DNA of 64,000 bases from an uncultured Candidatus Saccharibacteria bacterium (GCA_964559765.1 CAZLHU010000001.1:148164-212163); one strand, 5' to 3'; counted from the stretch's first letter, positions 1 through 9,983 are shown. Translations and numbers: made by a program. Notes: generated from the sequence alone by a model not told the origin.

Positions 1-2
1 CC

Positions 3-917
3 GCCTCAGTAGGGGGTAGTGTACTTAAAATATCCTTGGATTCAGAGAGTAATATAAATCCTTTCGACATACCAATCATCCCCGAGGACGAGGAGCCTGG
101 GGAGGTTCTTAAGTCGCACATAGTTAACCTAGCTGGACTCATCAAGCTTATGTTGGGGTCAGTCACGCCAGCTGAGGAATCTCTGATTGATAGGGCAATC
201 AGCGAAACATATGCCTCACGGGATATAACCCCAGACAAAGACTTCAGTAAGGCGACGCCCCCACTACTCGAGGACCTTGAAGCTGTGTTGAATGGAATTG
301 AGGGCGGCAAAGACATGGCCGACCGACTATACCGTTTCACTAAGGGGAGCTACGCCGGATTTACCAATAAACCCACAAATATAAATGTCGCCAATCGTCT
401 CATAGTCTTCTCAATACGAGACCTGGAGGATGAGTTGCGCCCGATAGCAATGTATATAATCCTCAATTATATATGGAATCTCGTCCGTGCCGAGCTTAAA
501 AAACGCATTTTAGTCATAGACGAGGCTTGGTGGATGATGAAATATCCAGACAGTGCGTCATTCTTGTTTAGTCTTGCCAAACGCGGACGTAAATATTATT
601 TGGGTATATCAACTATCACTCAGGATGTGGATGATTTCTTAAATTCTACCTATGGCAAGCCGATCATAACCAATTCATCTCTGCAATTACTACTTAAGGA
701 GGCTCCGGCCAGTATAGATAACACAGCTAAGGTCTTTAATCTGACCAATGTGGAGAAAAACTATTTAGTGGAGGCAGATATCGGTCAGGGGTTGTTTGTA
801 GCCGGATTAAAGCGCGCAGCTATACAGATAGTCCCATCTTCCTTTGAGAATGAGCTTATAACAACTAATCCCGAGGAGGTATTGGAGGAGAAGAAGGAAT
901 CTAAGGATAAACAATAA
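3..917 (+). CDS. VirB4/TraC-like ATPase, C-terminal part (5' end outside window)
   Basis: Frame is open from the window start. Walker B 'ILVIDEAW', 'AKRGRKY', 'TITQDVDDF' and 'GQGLF' are typical of VirB4-family C-termini. Confidence 0.85.
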   Translation, partial: ASVGGSVLKISLDSESNINPFDIPIIPEDEEPGEVLKSHIVNLAGLIKLMLGSVTPAEESLIDRAISETYASRDITPDKDFSKATPPLLEDLEAVLNGIEGGKDMADRLYRFTKGSYAGFTNKPTNINVANRLIVFSIRDLEDELRPIAMYIILNYIWNLVRAELKKRILVIDEAWWMMKYPDSASFLFSLAKRGRKYYLGISTITQDVDDFLNSTYGKPIITNSSLQLLLKEAPASIDNTAKVFNLTNVEKNYLVEADIGQGLFVAGLKRAAIQIVPSSFENELITTNPEEVLEEKKESKDKQ

Positions 918-922
918 GTCTG

Positions 923-1414
923 ATGGCAGATAGTAAGAATAAAGTTGTTAAAAAACCAACTGGCGACGGACCAGCTAAACAAGAAAGTAGGGCGCCTCAA
1001 AGTGGCCAACCTGCGCCTGGTGGTCAAAAGAAATTCACAGCCCCCGAGATAGTCATATTAGTAATAATCGCTGTCCTAAATGACCTATTTACCGTCGCAT
1101 CCGATTTCTCACTAGCAATACCTATATTGGGAGAGATTGCCGTGTTTATGGCTGAAATAACCGACTTTATTATATTCGCGATAGTACTAATATGGTTCGC
1201 TTTTAAAGTCGGACTGTTCGGAGTAGCTGGGCTTACCCAAATGATAGGCGGGGTAACAGAGTTTATAGGCATACCCGGCCGGACCATATCGACTGTTGTT
1301 GGTATAATTGCGGTCAACAATCCGGCATTAAAGCGCGTAGCTACCATCGCTACCAACCCTGAGGGGGCAATAGCATCTGGAGCTACTGGGATTAAGGCCG
1401 CATCTAAGGTTTAG
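923..1414 (+). CDS. Hypothetical membrane protein
   Basis: 163 aa with a charged N-terminus and 3-4 hydrophobic segments; starts 5 nt after the ATPase. Confidence 0.7.
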   Translation: MADSKNKVVKKPTGDGPAKQESRAPQSGQPAPGGQKKFTAPEIVILVIIAVLNDLFTVASDFSLAIPILGEIAVFMAEITDFIIFAIVLIWFAFKVGLFGVAGLTQMIGGVTEFIGIPGRTISTVVGIIAVNNPALKRVATIATNPEGAIASGATGIKAASKV

Positions 1415-1446
1415 TTTTTATAATAATTTGGGTTATAATCTAATAA

Positions 1447-1704
1447 ATGAGTTGGGACGCCGTTACGACCGCATTAAATCTGGGATCCGCGAATAATATC
1501 CTGAACTGGGCTATTGGCATAGGCAGCGTTGTCGCTGTTGGAGTTATTGTTTATGGAGGAATACTTTATACGGCCTCAGCTGGAAAGCCTTCAATGCAGG
1601 AAGACGCCAAAGAATGGATAAAGTCCGCGATATACGGACTATTACTTCTCTTCGCTTCTTATTTGATATTGAATACGATAAATCCGGCGTTAGTCGGTCA
1701 CTAA
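1447..1704 (+). CDS. VirB2/TrbC-like pilin (CPR type)
   Basis: Two hydrophobic helices with 'IVYGGILY...AG......AK..I..AIYGL...LNTINP'; TATAAT at 1434-1439, 7 nt before the ATG. Confidence 0.8.
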   Translation: MSWDAVTTALNLGSANNILNWAIGIGSVVAVGVIVYGGILYTASAGKPSMQEDAKEWIKSAIYGLLLLFASYLILNTINPALVGH

Positions 1705-2127
1705 TTTAACTATAACGTAGCGGTCTTTGCCTTCACCCACACTCTCTGTTTTAACATCGGGCCGTGTTGCCAGCTCCGTATGAACCAATCTGCGTTCATA
1801 CGCATTCATGGTTGGCAGAGAAACCATCTCCTTGGATGCGACCGCTTTTCTCGCTGCCGCTTTAGCCAACTCTATAATCAAGTTCTCGCGCTCACGGCGG
1901 TAATTGTTTACGTCTATAAGAATAGGCTCCACGGACATTTGCTTAGTGAATAGCCTGCCTACCCGATTTAAGTTGATTACTAAATTTGGTACACGCTCCT
2001 GAGTTAGATAGGGGTCGTGAATTATTATAGAGACTATTTTATGTTCGAGATCTTGACCAAGTTCAAAATCCTCGAAGCCCATCAGGCTAACTAATTCTTT
2101 TAATCGGTTTATCAGTTCTTCCGTCAT
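1690..2127 (-). CDS. jag: Jag/KhpB(EloR)-like R3H RNA-binding protein
   Basis: 'MNAYERRLVH...TESVGEGKDRYV' R3H motif; lies downstream of yidC. Confidence 0.85.
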   Translation of the reverse strand: MTEELINRLKELVSLMGFEDFELGQDLEHKIVSIIIHDPYLTQERVPNLVINLNRVGRLFTKQMSVEPILIDVNNYRRERENLIIELAKAAARKAVASKEMVSLPTMNAYERRLVHTELATRPDVKTESVGEGKDRYVIVKLVTD

Positions 2128-2821
2128 GTTTCAGTCGATAGTTTACTATTAGTTGCTGGAATATGGAAAATGCGGCGAAAGTGCACCAGTAGACACCTAA
2201 CGCAGATGGACGACCCAGAAGGATTATTAATGTTATTATCGGACCTATCCAAGCCATATTCCTGACCATCTTTTCCGATTGGCCAGGAGTGACTCCCTTC
2301 TCGTGTTCCGGCAACGCCAGCCTTGCCATATAGTACTGCAACAGCGCCGCTATGATGATTATTACAATATTTGCTTTAGATAAGTCAATCCCGAACGAAA
2401 TCACGTTCAGCGCTATCGGATGCGGCACAAATGAATACAACAGGTTTATCGACGTCTTATAACTGAATATATCGCTCAACGATCCATATAAAGCCAGTAA
2501 AAGTGGTATCTGTATTATCAACGCGAGGAATGGAGTGAATGGGTTCACCTCGTGATCTTTATATAACTGCATCAGTGCCTTGGTCTGCTCCTCTCTATTA
2601 TCCTTGTGTCGCTGTTGGATCTGCTTTATCTCATTCTGAAGTTTTGGAGCAAGCTTCTGGAATCTGGCGGTCTGGTGGAAGAGCGGCCAAAGCAATAGAC
2701 GTATGACTACAGTAAGTAGGATTATCGCTATACCCATGTCGCGCAGAGCGGCAAACTGATAGATGATAATCAGCGCGTTGAAGATCGGGCGGTAAAGTAA
2801 TTGATTAAAAAAGTTGGCCAT
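2087..2821 (-). CDS. yidC: Membrane protein insertase YidC (short form)
   Basis: 'GIAIILLTVVIRLLLWPL', 'LYK..VNPF', 'QIP', 'ALGVYW'; canonical position after rnpA. Confidence 0.93.
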   Translation of the reverse strand: MANFFNQLLYRPIFNALIIIYQFAALRDMGIAIILLTVVIRLLLWPLFHQTARFQKLAPKLQNEIKQIQQRHKDNREEQTKALMQLYKDHEVNPFTPFLALIIQIPLLLALYGSLSDIFSYKTSINLLYSFVPHPIALNVISFGIDLSKANIVIIIIAALLQYYMARLALPEHEKGVTPGQSEKMVRNMAWIGPIITLIILLGRPSALGVYWCTFAAFSIFQQLIVNYRLKHDGRTDKPIKRIS

Positions 2822-3131
2822 AAGTTTTCAGTTCTTTATTTAGATCATCCAGCTTGCTATCCAAGACCTTACTGCCGACGAGGACAACGAAATCTCTGCC
2901 GTTATTCGTCTTTTTCATAAAACCCGGGCTGCTTTGGAAAAAGGTCACGACCATCCTGCGCAAACTATTGCGTTGCGACGCTCCGCCGACAGATTTTCCA
3001 ATTATAACCCCGCCACGGTTATACGAGAGATTGTTGGTGGCGAGTTTCATGGCAAAATTTTTAGTCCTCGCTGCCGTCTTTGAGTTGCGAGGAAATGATT
3101 GAAGGGGGACGCGTAGATTTTTGGGAAGCAT
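2805..3131 (-). CDS. rnpA: Ribonuclease P protein component
   Basis: Start reset to MLPKNLR (ATG at 3131); 'RGGVIIGKSVGGASQRNSLRR' RNR-like motif; lies between rpmH and yidC. Confidence 0.85.
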   Translation of the reverse strand: MLPKNLRVPLQSFPRNSKTAARTKNFAMKLATNNLSYNRGGVIIGKSVGGASQRNSLRRMVVTFFQSSPGFMKKTNNGRDFVVLVGSKVLDSKLDDLNKELKTYGQLF

Positions 3132-3144
3132 AATCCCTTGTGGA

Positions 3145-3279
3145 TTAAACGGTGAGCTTCTTGCGTCCTTTTGCTCGGCGGCGTTTGATAACACTGCGTC
3201 CGCCGGTCGTCCGGCTACGCTTTATAAACCCGTGCGACCGAGCCCTTTTTCTCTTGCGCGGCTGATAAGTCACAGACAT
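3145..3279 (-). CDS. rpmH: 50S ribosomal protein L34 (not in ORF track)
   Basis: Manual translation: [44 protein letters not shown]; divergent from dnaA. Confidence 0.96.
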   Translation of the reverse strand: MSVTYQPRKRKRARSHGFIKRSRTTGGRSVIKRRRAKGRKKLTV

Positions 3280-3347
3280 GGCATGTATTATAAACTGCTC
3301 CAATCAATAAATCCATAACCACCACACCAATATGAGATATCAACACT

Positions 3348-3406
3348 TTATGCACAGGTTATAATCTTTCGGACTGGTTTGACGGGGTGGGTTTATTAAG
3401 TAAGAT
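3348..3406 (+). promoter_or_regulatory. DnaA box and probable dnaA promoter
   Basis: TTATGCACA at 3348-3356 (TTATNCACA consensus); TTGACG 3379-3384 with TAAGAT 3401-3406. Confidence 0.55.
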
Positions 3407-3439
3407 TAGGTCTAAAGGTACACGACGTACTTAATTACT

Positions 3440-4804
3440 ATGGGGGGTAAAGAAGAACTTTGGCAGGCGGTACTATCGGAAATCGAACTACAGATTTCTA
3501 AGCCCAATTTCGTAACTTGGCTTAAAAACAGCCGCCTTGTGGAGACCCAGGACGGTTCCGTGCTGGTCGCGCTCCCCAACCACTTCGCCAAAGAGTGGGT
3601 AGAAAGCAAATATCACAAACTCATCCTGGGAACGGTCCGTAACCATGACGGGTCCGTACGTAAAATAGACTATATAGTCGAGGGGGCCCTTATTAAGAGC
3701 AGCCCGAAGTCGCACTTCCAGAAGACCGAGACCGACGACAAGCAGTTGTCATTCCAGGAAATGAAGGTTGATCCTCAGACCAACCTCAATCCGCGCTACA
3801 CGCTCGGCTCGTTCGTGGTCGGGTCGTCAAACGAACTCGCCTATTCGGCGTCCACCGCCGTGGTGAATAGCGTCGGCACCAAATACAACCCGTTGTTCAT
3901 ATACGGCGGGGTTGGACTCGGCAAAACACATCTCATCCAGGCAATCGGCAACGAGATAATGGCGGTGCATGGCGGAAAGATAAAAGTTAAGTATGTCACT
4001 TCGGAGAAATTCACCAACGACGTCGTCTGGGCGCTGCGCAACAACCGGGCCGAGGATATTAAGAAGGCTTATCGCCCGGTAGACGTGTTGATCATAGACG
4101 ACATACAGTTCATCGGCGGCAAAGAGAAGACTGAGGAGGAGTTCTTCCACACATTCAACGCGTTGCACGAGCAGAACAAGCAGATAATCATCTCCTCAGA
4201 TAGGCCGCCCCAAGCCATACCTACCTTGGAAGAAAGGTTGCGCTCACGTTTTGGCGGTGGGATGGTTGCCGATATAAGCGCCCCGGATTACGAAACACGT
4301 GTCGCCATCATAAAAACCAAGCTTCAGGAGCGCGGTGCGGCCGTCGAGGACGAACTCGTGGATCTAATAGCCAAGCGGTTCCAGAGGAATATAAGGGAGA
4401 TAGAGGGGATATTGAATAAGGTTATATTCTATCAACTTAACTATCAAAGACCACTTAACTTGGCCGGCGTCGAGAAGATAATCAACGAAACCATCGAACA
4501 CTCCAAACCAAACGTCACTCCGGCGCAGATAATCAAGGCGGTCGCTTTGTTTTTCGAGATATCCCCAAACAATCTAGTCGGCAAAGGCAGGAGTAAGGAA
4601 TTTATAGAGCCTAGACAGATAACAATTTACCTAATGAGGGAGATGTTGAATATGTCCTATCCATATATCGCAAGTAAGATCGGCAACCGCGACCACACTA
4701 CGGCAATATATTCATACAAGAAGATTGCCGAGTCGCTAAATAAGGACCCATTATTAAGCAATAAACTCAGTATGATAAAAGAAGCTGTTAGTAAGGTGGT
4801 ATAA
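3440..4804 (+). CDS. dnaA: Chromosomal replication initiator DnaA
   Basis: 'YNPLFIYGGVGLGKTHL', 'DVLIIDDIQF', 'RLRSRF', 'RDHTT'. Confidence 0.99.
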   Translation: MGGKEELWQAVLSEIELQISKPNFVTWLKNSRLVETQDGSVLVALPNHFAKEWVESKYHKLILGTVRNHDGSVRKIDYIVEGALIKSSPKSHFQKTETDDKQLSFQEMKVDPQTNLNPRYTLGSFVVGSSNELAYSASTAVVNSVGTKYNPLFIYGGVGLGKTHLIQAIGNEIMAVHGGKIKVKYVTSEKFTNDVVWALRNNRAEDIKKAYRPVDVLIIDDIQFIGGKEKTEEEFFHTFNALHEQNKQIIISSDRPPQAIPTLEERLRSRFGGGMVADISAPDYETRVAIIKTKLQERGAAVEDELVDLIAKRFQRNIREIEGILNKVIFYQLNYQRPLNLAGVEKIINETIEHSKPNVTPAQIIKAVALFFEISPNNLVGKGRSKEFIEPRQITIYLMREMLNMSYPYIASKIGNRDHTTAIYSYKKIAESLNKDPLLSNKLSMIKEAVSKVV

Positions 4805-4995
4805 ATTGTCTATAATTTAAGTAAATTAATCCCGATCAAAAAGTTATAAACAAATACTGACCAATAATTGATAAGTTATTAAGACCCGATAAACACAAAT
4901 TAATTAATGACAGCCGATATAACTTGCACTTAATTCACAATTCACAGGACTCTACTACAACTACTAATTAATATATATAAATAACTATAGTAATA
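4805..4995. other. Replication origin oriC (DnaA boxes, DnaA-trios, AT-rich unwinding element)
   Basis: dnaA-dnaN spacer. Box-like TTATAAACA 4844-4852, TAATTCACA 4931-4939 and CAATTCACA 4938-4946, then GGACT, CTA-CTA-CAA-CTA-CTA 4952-4966 and an AT run. Confidence 0.85.
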
Positions 4996-6105
4996 ATGAA
5001 ATTAATAATTCTTAAAAATAATTTAAAAAACGGATTAGATGCAGTTGGTCGGTCTATTGGGAATAATCTAAACCTACCCATACTCGGTAATGTTTTAATA
5101 AGGACTGAAAACAACCAAATAAGATTTTCCACCACAAATCTGGAGTTGGCGATAACTAAAACCATATACGGGAAAATAATCGAGGAGGGAACTATTACAG
5201 TCCCATATAACGTCTTATCGAATATAATTTCCAACCTGACAAGTGAAAGGGTTAATATCGACACCAAACAACAAAACCTTCAGATAAAAACCGACAGTTA
5301 TGAGGCTAATTTACAAAGTATGCCGGTTACTGAATTCCCCATAATACCAAAACTAAAAGAAACAAAAGAACAACTAAAATTAAACGCCACGGTTTTCAAA
5401 GAAGCCCTAAATCAAGTCATAGTGGCCGCCGGGATTTCCGACCTAAGGCCGGAAATAAGCGGGGTTCTATTGATTGGCGAGCAGTCTATTTTGAAATTAG
5501 TGGCTACCGACAGTTTCCGTTTGGCAGAGGCTAAAATAAACAAGAGCCAATTTACCAACACCTTCGTCGAGCAGGGGTTCAAGGTGATAATCCCATTAAA
5601 AACGACGCAGGAGCTGCTTAGGGTGATAAAGGACGACGAAGACTTAATTATCAAAATAGAAGGTGGACAGATCTTATTCCAAACCAATGAAACTGAGATA
5701 GTCTCCAGGTTGATTGATGGCAAGTTCCCCGACTATGAGGCGATTATACCCAAGGATATCGACACTGAGGTTTTGGTTGGGCGAGAGGAATTGATGGGAG
5801 CTATCAAACTCACCGGATCATTCACATCCAAAGTCAGCGAAGTCAGGATAAGGATAAAAGACAAGAAGATCTTGGAGATTTATTCCAACGACAGTTCGTT
5901 GGGCGAAAATAATTATATTATTCCCGCCAAAGTCACCGGAGAGAATATGGAATTAGCCTTTAATTGGCGATATCTATTAGACGGCGTAAAAACCCTTTCA
6001 GGAAAGCAGGTTAACCTCGGATTGAATGGCGGCAACAAAGCAGCTTTGATAAAATCCCCCGAAGACACCTCTTGTTTCTACATCCTTATGCCTATAAGGC
6101 AATAA
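4996..6105 (+). CDS. dnaN: DNA polymerase III beta clamp
   Basis: 'NLPILGNVLI', 'TNLE', 'VATDSFRLA', 'SRLIDGKFPDY', 'ILMPIR'. Confidence 0.98.
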   Translation: MKLIILKNNLKNGLDAVGRSIGNNLNLPILGNVLIRTENNQIRFSTTNLELAITKTIYGKIIEEGTITVPYNVLSNIISNLTSERVNIDTKQQNLQIKTDSYEANLQSMPVTEFPIIPKLKETKEQLKLNATVFKEALNQVIVAAGISDLRPEISGVLLIGEQSILKLVATDSFRLAEAKINKSQFTNTFVEQGFKVIIPLKTTQELLRVIKDDEDLIIKIEGGQILFQTNETEIVSRLIDGKFPDYEAIIPKDIDTEVLVGREELMGAIKLTGSFTSKVSEVRIRIKDKKILEIYSNDSSLGENNYIIPAKVTGENMELAFNWRYLLDGVKTLSGKQVNLGLNGGNKAALIKSPEDTSCFYILMPIRQ

Positions 6106-6113
6106 GGATGTTG

Positions 6114-8525
6114 TTATTTCTGGAATAGAATAAATTGTTCGGTGGTCTGAGCTCCGCTGGAGTCGGTGACTCTTATCACTAACATATTCTGAAGGTTTAT
6201 CCCTTGGGGCGTCAGCGTCGAGTTGTATGTATAATTTGTCCCAAGATCCCCAACCTTACTATCTATGAGGTTGCTATTTAGATAAACCTCCACCTTGCTT
6301 ATATGGAGGGTGCTTGTTATGACTGAGTTTATGTTTATTTGATTGCTTATGAAATCACCATTACTTGGTGAGGTGGTTTGTATTTGAATTGTGCTGTTGG
6401 GAGTTGAGGTGCTGTTGTTGTTGCTACTCGCTGAATAAGTTACTGGCGTAGACGATGAGACCACTGTGAAATTACTTGGATTAAAGGTGTTGTTTTCCAA
6501 CCAAGAACCGACCGCCGTCTCCCAATTTACGTATTCGGGGTCGTTGACCCTACCTAGATAATATAAGATCGAGTGTTGTTGACCGGCTATTAGCTGCCCT
6601 TTGAGGATCGGATTCGTCTCGTATATTGGGGCGGGTTTATTGAACGTCAACAGAGGATAGTTCTGCAGGGCGGCTGTCATAAATTCATGCCACATTGGTA
6701 CAGCTGCCAATATGCTGCTGCCTTGGCTTGTTAGGGGTGTGTTGTCATTATTCCCAGCCCAAACTAATCCGACGAAGTTGGGGGTATATCCAACAGCCCA
6801 CGCATCGACATAATTGTTTGTTGTTCCTGTTTTGAGGGCGACTTGGTGTCCTTGGACTTCGGTTAAGGATAAGCTTTGTCCAAATAGTGGGGCGCGTAAG
6901 GATGGATCGGCTAGTATATTGTTTATTAATCTAGGATATTGCGGGTCCACTACTTGGGATGATTGATCTGCATATTGATATAAGACATTTCCATTACTAT
7001 CAGTCACTTTCAATATAGGCGCCAGCGTGTGTTTCACGCCCTCTGTGGCCAGAACCCCATAGGCTTGGGCTAACTCTATGGGTTTGACGTCTGCGCCCCC
7101 CAGAACAAGAGATAGGCCAACCTGTGCTGGGTCGGTTATAGTCGATATCCCAAAGCTTTCCAGGTTTGGGATCACATTATTCAATCCGGCTAGATACAAG
7201 ACTTGTACCGCGGGCACGTTAACGGATTGGGCTAGGGCTTGTGCTAGAGTCATTGGACCCGTGAACGTCCCTTCGAAGTTCACTGGGTGGTAACAAGCTT
7301 TGTTTATATTGTTGAAGTTGACCACCGCCGGGCAAGAAGGATTGTTCGTAGTGAACTCAGTGGGCACATTCCACACTATTGTGTCTGGGGTTAGGCCTTG
7401 TTGGAACGCTGTAAGGTATACAAAGGGTTTGATTGACGACCCAGGCTGTCTCAACCCCTGGGTGATGACATTAAACTGGCCGTCATTTGAATTATCGAAA
7501 TAATCAGCCGATCCGACCATAGCAAGAATCTGCCCGGTTGTTGGGTCTAAAGCCACTAGGGCTGCGTTGCGTGCGCCATAAAGCGCAGTGTTCCTAGCGA
7601 CTCCATCCGACACAGCCTTCTCGGCGTCAGTTTGAATATTCATATCCAAAGAGGTTATTACAGTTAATCCCCCTTGGGATAGTAAGCTGTCGCCGTATTC
7701 TTGAGCCAGGTAATCCTCGACGTATGTGACGAAGTGGGGTGCGTGTATCCCTTGAGCTGATTCTGGAAGAACCACTGGGTAATTAGCCTCAGCGTAGGTC
7801 AGCTGCGCTTCGGTTATATCCCCGCTGCTGTACATAGCCTGCAGTACAGATTTCCATCTGGTCTTCAGGTCAGACACATGAGCTCCCCAAGGGGAATAGT
7901 ATGTCGGTGCCTGGGGTATCGCAGCTAGTAGTGATGCTTGTTCGAGGGTTAGGCTGCTTGCTGGTACGCCGAAATACAGTTCTGAGGCGGCCTCTATGCC
8001 ATACGCTCCTTGTCCGTAGGGGATCTGGTTTAAATATAGGGTTAGGATTTGGTCTTTAGAATAATTACGCTCGATCTGCCAAGCGAGTATCAACTCCTGT
8101 ATTTTTCTATTCAGGGTTTTTTGTGAAGTTAGGAGAACGTTCTTAACTAATTGTTGGGTAATAGTCGAGCCGCCTTGGTTGAAATGTAGGGTGGTCACGT
8201 CGGCAAATAACGCCCTCAGTATTCCGCGCCAATCAAATACAGGACTGGTATAAAAGTTATTATCCTCTATAGCGACAGTCGCCTGCTTTATGACGTCCGG
8301 AATCTGTTCAGATGGTATAGATGTCCTATTCTCGTCGCCGTGTATCTCGTATAAGAGAATCGTCCCGGTGCGATCGTATATCTTGGTGGATTGAGCCACC
8401 TGAATGTCGCTTATATTGCTTATCTTAGGCAGAGTCACATATAAGTAGCCAACATAAATAATCCCTCCTACAACCAGGACGGACAGAGTTATGACTATCC
8501 ATTGCCAAGCCTTTAATTTAGACAC
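6114..8525 (-). CDS. Class A penicillin-binding protein with C-terminal Ser/Thr linker and Ig-like domain
   Basis: N-terminal TM; transglycosylase 'AIED..FY', 'GGSTITQQLVKN', 'RKIQE'; transpeptidase 'PGSSIKPF', 'SVN', 'KTGT'. Confidence 0.95.
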   Translation of the reverse strand: MSKLKAWQWIVITLSVLVVGGIIYVGYLYVTLPKISNISDIQVAQSTKIYDRTGTILLYEIHGDENRTSIPSEQIPDVIKQATVAIEDNNFYTSPVFDWRGILRALFADVTTLHFNQGGSTITQQLVKNVLLTSQKTLNRKIQELILAWQIERNYSKDQILTLYLNQIPYGQGAYGIEAASELYFGVPASSLTLEQASLLAAIPQAPTYYSPWGAHVSDLKTRWKSVLQAMYSSGDITEAQLTYAEANYPVVLPESAQGIHAPHFVTYVEDYLAQEYGDSLLSQGGLTVITSLDMNIQTDAEKAVSDGVARNTALYGARNAALVALDPTTGQILAMVGSADYFDNSNDGQFNVITQGLRQPGSSIKPFVYLTAFQQGLTPDTIVWNVPTEFTTNNPSCPAVVNFNNINKACYHPVNFEGTFTGPMTLAQALAQSVNVPAVQVLYLAGLNNVIPNLESFGISTITDPAQVGLSLVLGGADVKPIELAQAYGVLATEGVKHTLAPILKVTDSNGNVLYQYADQSSQVVDPQYPRLINNILADPSLRAPLFGQSLSLTEVQGHQVALKTGTTNNYVDAWAVGYTPNFVGLVWAGNNDNTPLTSQGSSILAAVPMWHEFMTAALQNYPLLTFNKPAPIYETNPILKGQLIAGQQHSILYYLGRVNDPEYVNWETAVGSWLENNTFNPSNFTVVSSSTPVTYSASSNNNSTSTPNSTIQIQTTSPSNGDFISNQININSVITSTLHISKVEVYLNSNLIDSKVGDLGTNYTYNSTLTPQGINLQNMLVIRVTDSSGAQTTEQFILFQK

Positions 8526-8565
8526 TTTAATCTTCGTTATTAATTATAAGCTTACCTAAAACTAA

Positions 8566-8600
8566 AATCACCCCGCTATATATTGATGTGCGGGGTGATT
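8566..8600 (-). terminator. Intrinsic terminator
   Basis: AATCACCCCGC / GCGGGGTGATT 11-bp stem with a U-rich tail on the minus strand, after the acidic ORF. Confidence 0.7.
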
Positions 8601-8619
8601 AACTTGAGTTGATGTCTAT

Positions 8620-8838
8620 TTAGTAGTCGTTGGAGTCGTCGTCATCGTCCTCTTCATCCTCTTCATCCGCTAGGTCATCCAAATCTTCCAGATCCTCCTC
8701 ATCCTCCTCGCCTAGTCCCTTTTCCTTCTTATTTTTATCAAGGTCTCCCTCCTCTTCCTCTTCTTCAAAGACCATGACCGGACCATAGATGGAGCTTTCC
8801 TCTCCTACAACTCCCAATCGTGTAGATATATTTGGCAT
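8620..8838 (-). CDS. Small, highly acidic hypothetical protein
   Basis: 72 aa from ATG 8838; D/E-rich C-terminal half; has its own terminator and the upstream AAAGGTCGGAA motif. Confidence 0.7.
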   Translation of the reverse strand: MPNISTRLGVVGEESSIYGPVMVFEEEEEEGDLDKNKKEKGLGEEDEEDLEDLDDLADEEDEEDDDDDSNDY

Positions 8839-8929
8839 CAATTACTTTAAATTTTCCGACCTTTATTATCGATTAAATTAGTACAAACCTTAAAATAACG
8901 CGAGTAGTATATAAAACTTAGGATTCTTG

Positions 8930-9415
8930 TCAACCTCTCTGGTCGAGCGCTTTAACGGTAAATGATCCACAGAGCGCAAGGGCTAGGGCATCTGTAGCAT
9001 CGTCCAGGATTTTAACACCATTAGGCAACTTTATAGTTACGCCCACAGCGCGCTCGATGCTTTTTTTATCACTCCTACCCCACCCAGAAACCAACGACTT
9101 AACTTGGTTCGGAGTAAACTCGATTATTTTAATTTTCTTCTGGGTTAGGGTCAGTAAGATCACCCCTCTTGCCTCGGCCACAGATAAGGCAGTCTTCTTG
9201 TTTGTGGAGAAATACAGCCGTTCGACGACCGCGTACTCCGGCTTGTAGCGGATGATGAGCTTGCTCAATTCATCGGATATGAATTTAAGTCTCAACCCAC
9301 TATCCGACGTTCTGGGTTCAAATGCGCCGCAGTCGACATATTGGAGGGATGGCTTAGTCTCAATTACTCCATATCCTAAGCGGGCTGTTCCTGGGTCAAT
9401 GCCCAATATCTTCAT
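8930..9415 (-). CDS. ruvC: Holliday junction resolvase RuvC
   Basis: 'ILGIDPG..RLGYGVI', 'VVERLYF', 'EARGV', 'DDATDALALA'. Confidence 0.96.
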   Translation of the reverse strand: MKILGIDPGTARLGYGVIETKPSLQYVDCGAFEPRTSDSGLRLKFISDELSKLIIRYKPEYAVVERLYFSTNKKTALSVAEARGVILLTLTQKKIKIIEFTPNQVKSLVSGWGRSDKKSIERAVGVTIKLPNGVKILDDATDALALALCGSFTVKALDQRG

Positions 9416-9936
9416 GAAGCGTTGGTTGTAACATTAATGACATCCTCGTCATCGTCGAGGGCGTCCACCAACTCGTCCAATTTATTCCCAGTCTCCTCGT
9501 CGATTGCCACCGGAAACTTTGCGGTCCATTCACCCTCCTTGCTATGCTCAAAAGCCCACATGACACTCCCCGGCTCAGCCACCTTGCTGTTCGCGTCGGT
9601 GAGTATTTTGCGTATCTCCGCCATGGTGCGATTGCGGCTGTCGGTGACCGCGGCTATTATCATAGCCACCCCGCCTGGACCATAAGCCTCGATCAGTAAA
9701 TCCTCTAGGTCTGCGTTCTTGCTACCCTCGATTGCCCGCGTGATGTTGTCCATCGGCACATTAGCCTCCTTGGCCGTCTCAACGGCTGTGCGCAGTCTAG
9801 GGTTAAAGTCTGGGTTGGGCTCCGTTCGCGCAGCGGCCTTCACCGCCTTTAATAGTTTTGAGAAGAGTGCGCCGCGCTTCTTGTCAGTAACGCCTTTCTT
9901 GGCTTTTATTTGAGACCACTTTGAATGTCCTGACAT
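9412..9936 (-). CDS. yebC: YebC/PmpR family protein (short form)
   Basis: 'MSGHSKWSQIKAKKG', 'NPRLR', 'EAYGPGG'; overlaps the ruvC start. Confidence 0.95.
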   Translation of the reverse strand: MSGHSKWSQIKAKKGVTDKKRGALFSKLLKAVKAAARTEPNPDFNPRLRTAVETAKEANVPMDNITRAIEGSKNADLEDLLIEAYGPGGVAMIIAAVTDSRNRTMAEIRKILTDANSKVAEPGSVMWAFEHSKEGEWTAKFPVAIDEETGNKLDELVDALDDDEDVINVTTNAS

Positions 9937-9983
9937 CGTATTTGCTTTGCTTTTTGATATGCTTCCGCCCTATTATAGACGAG

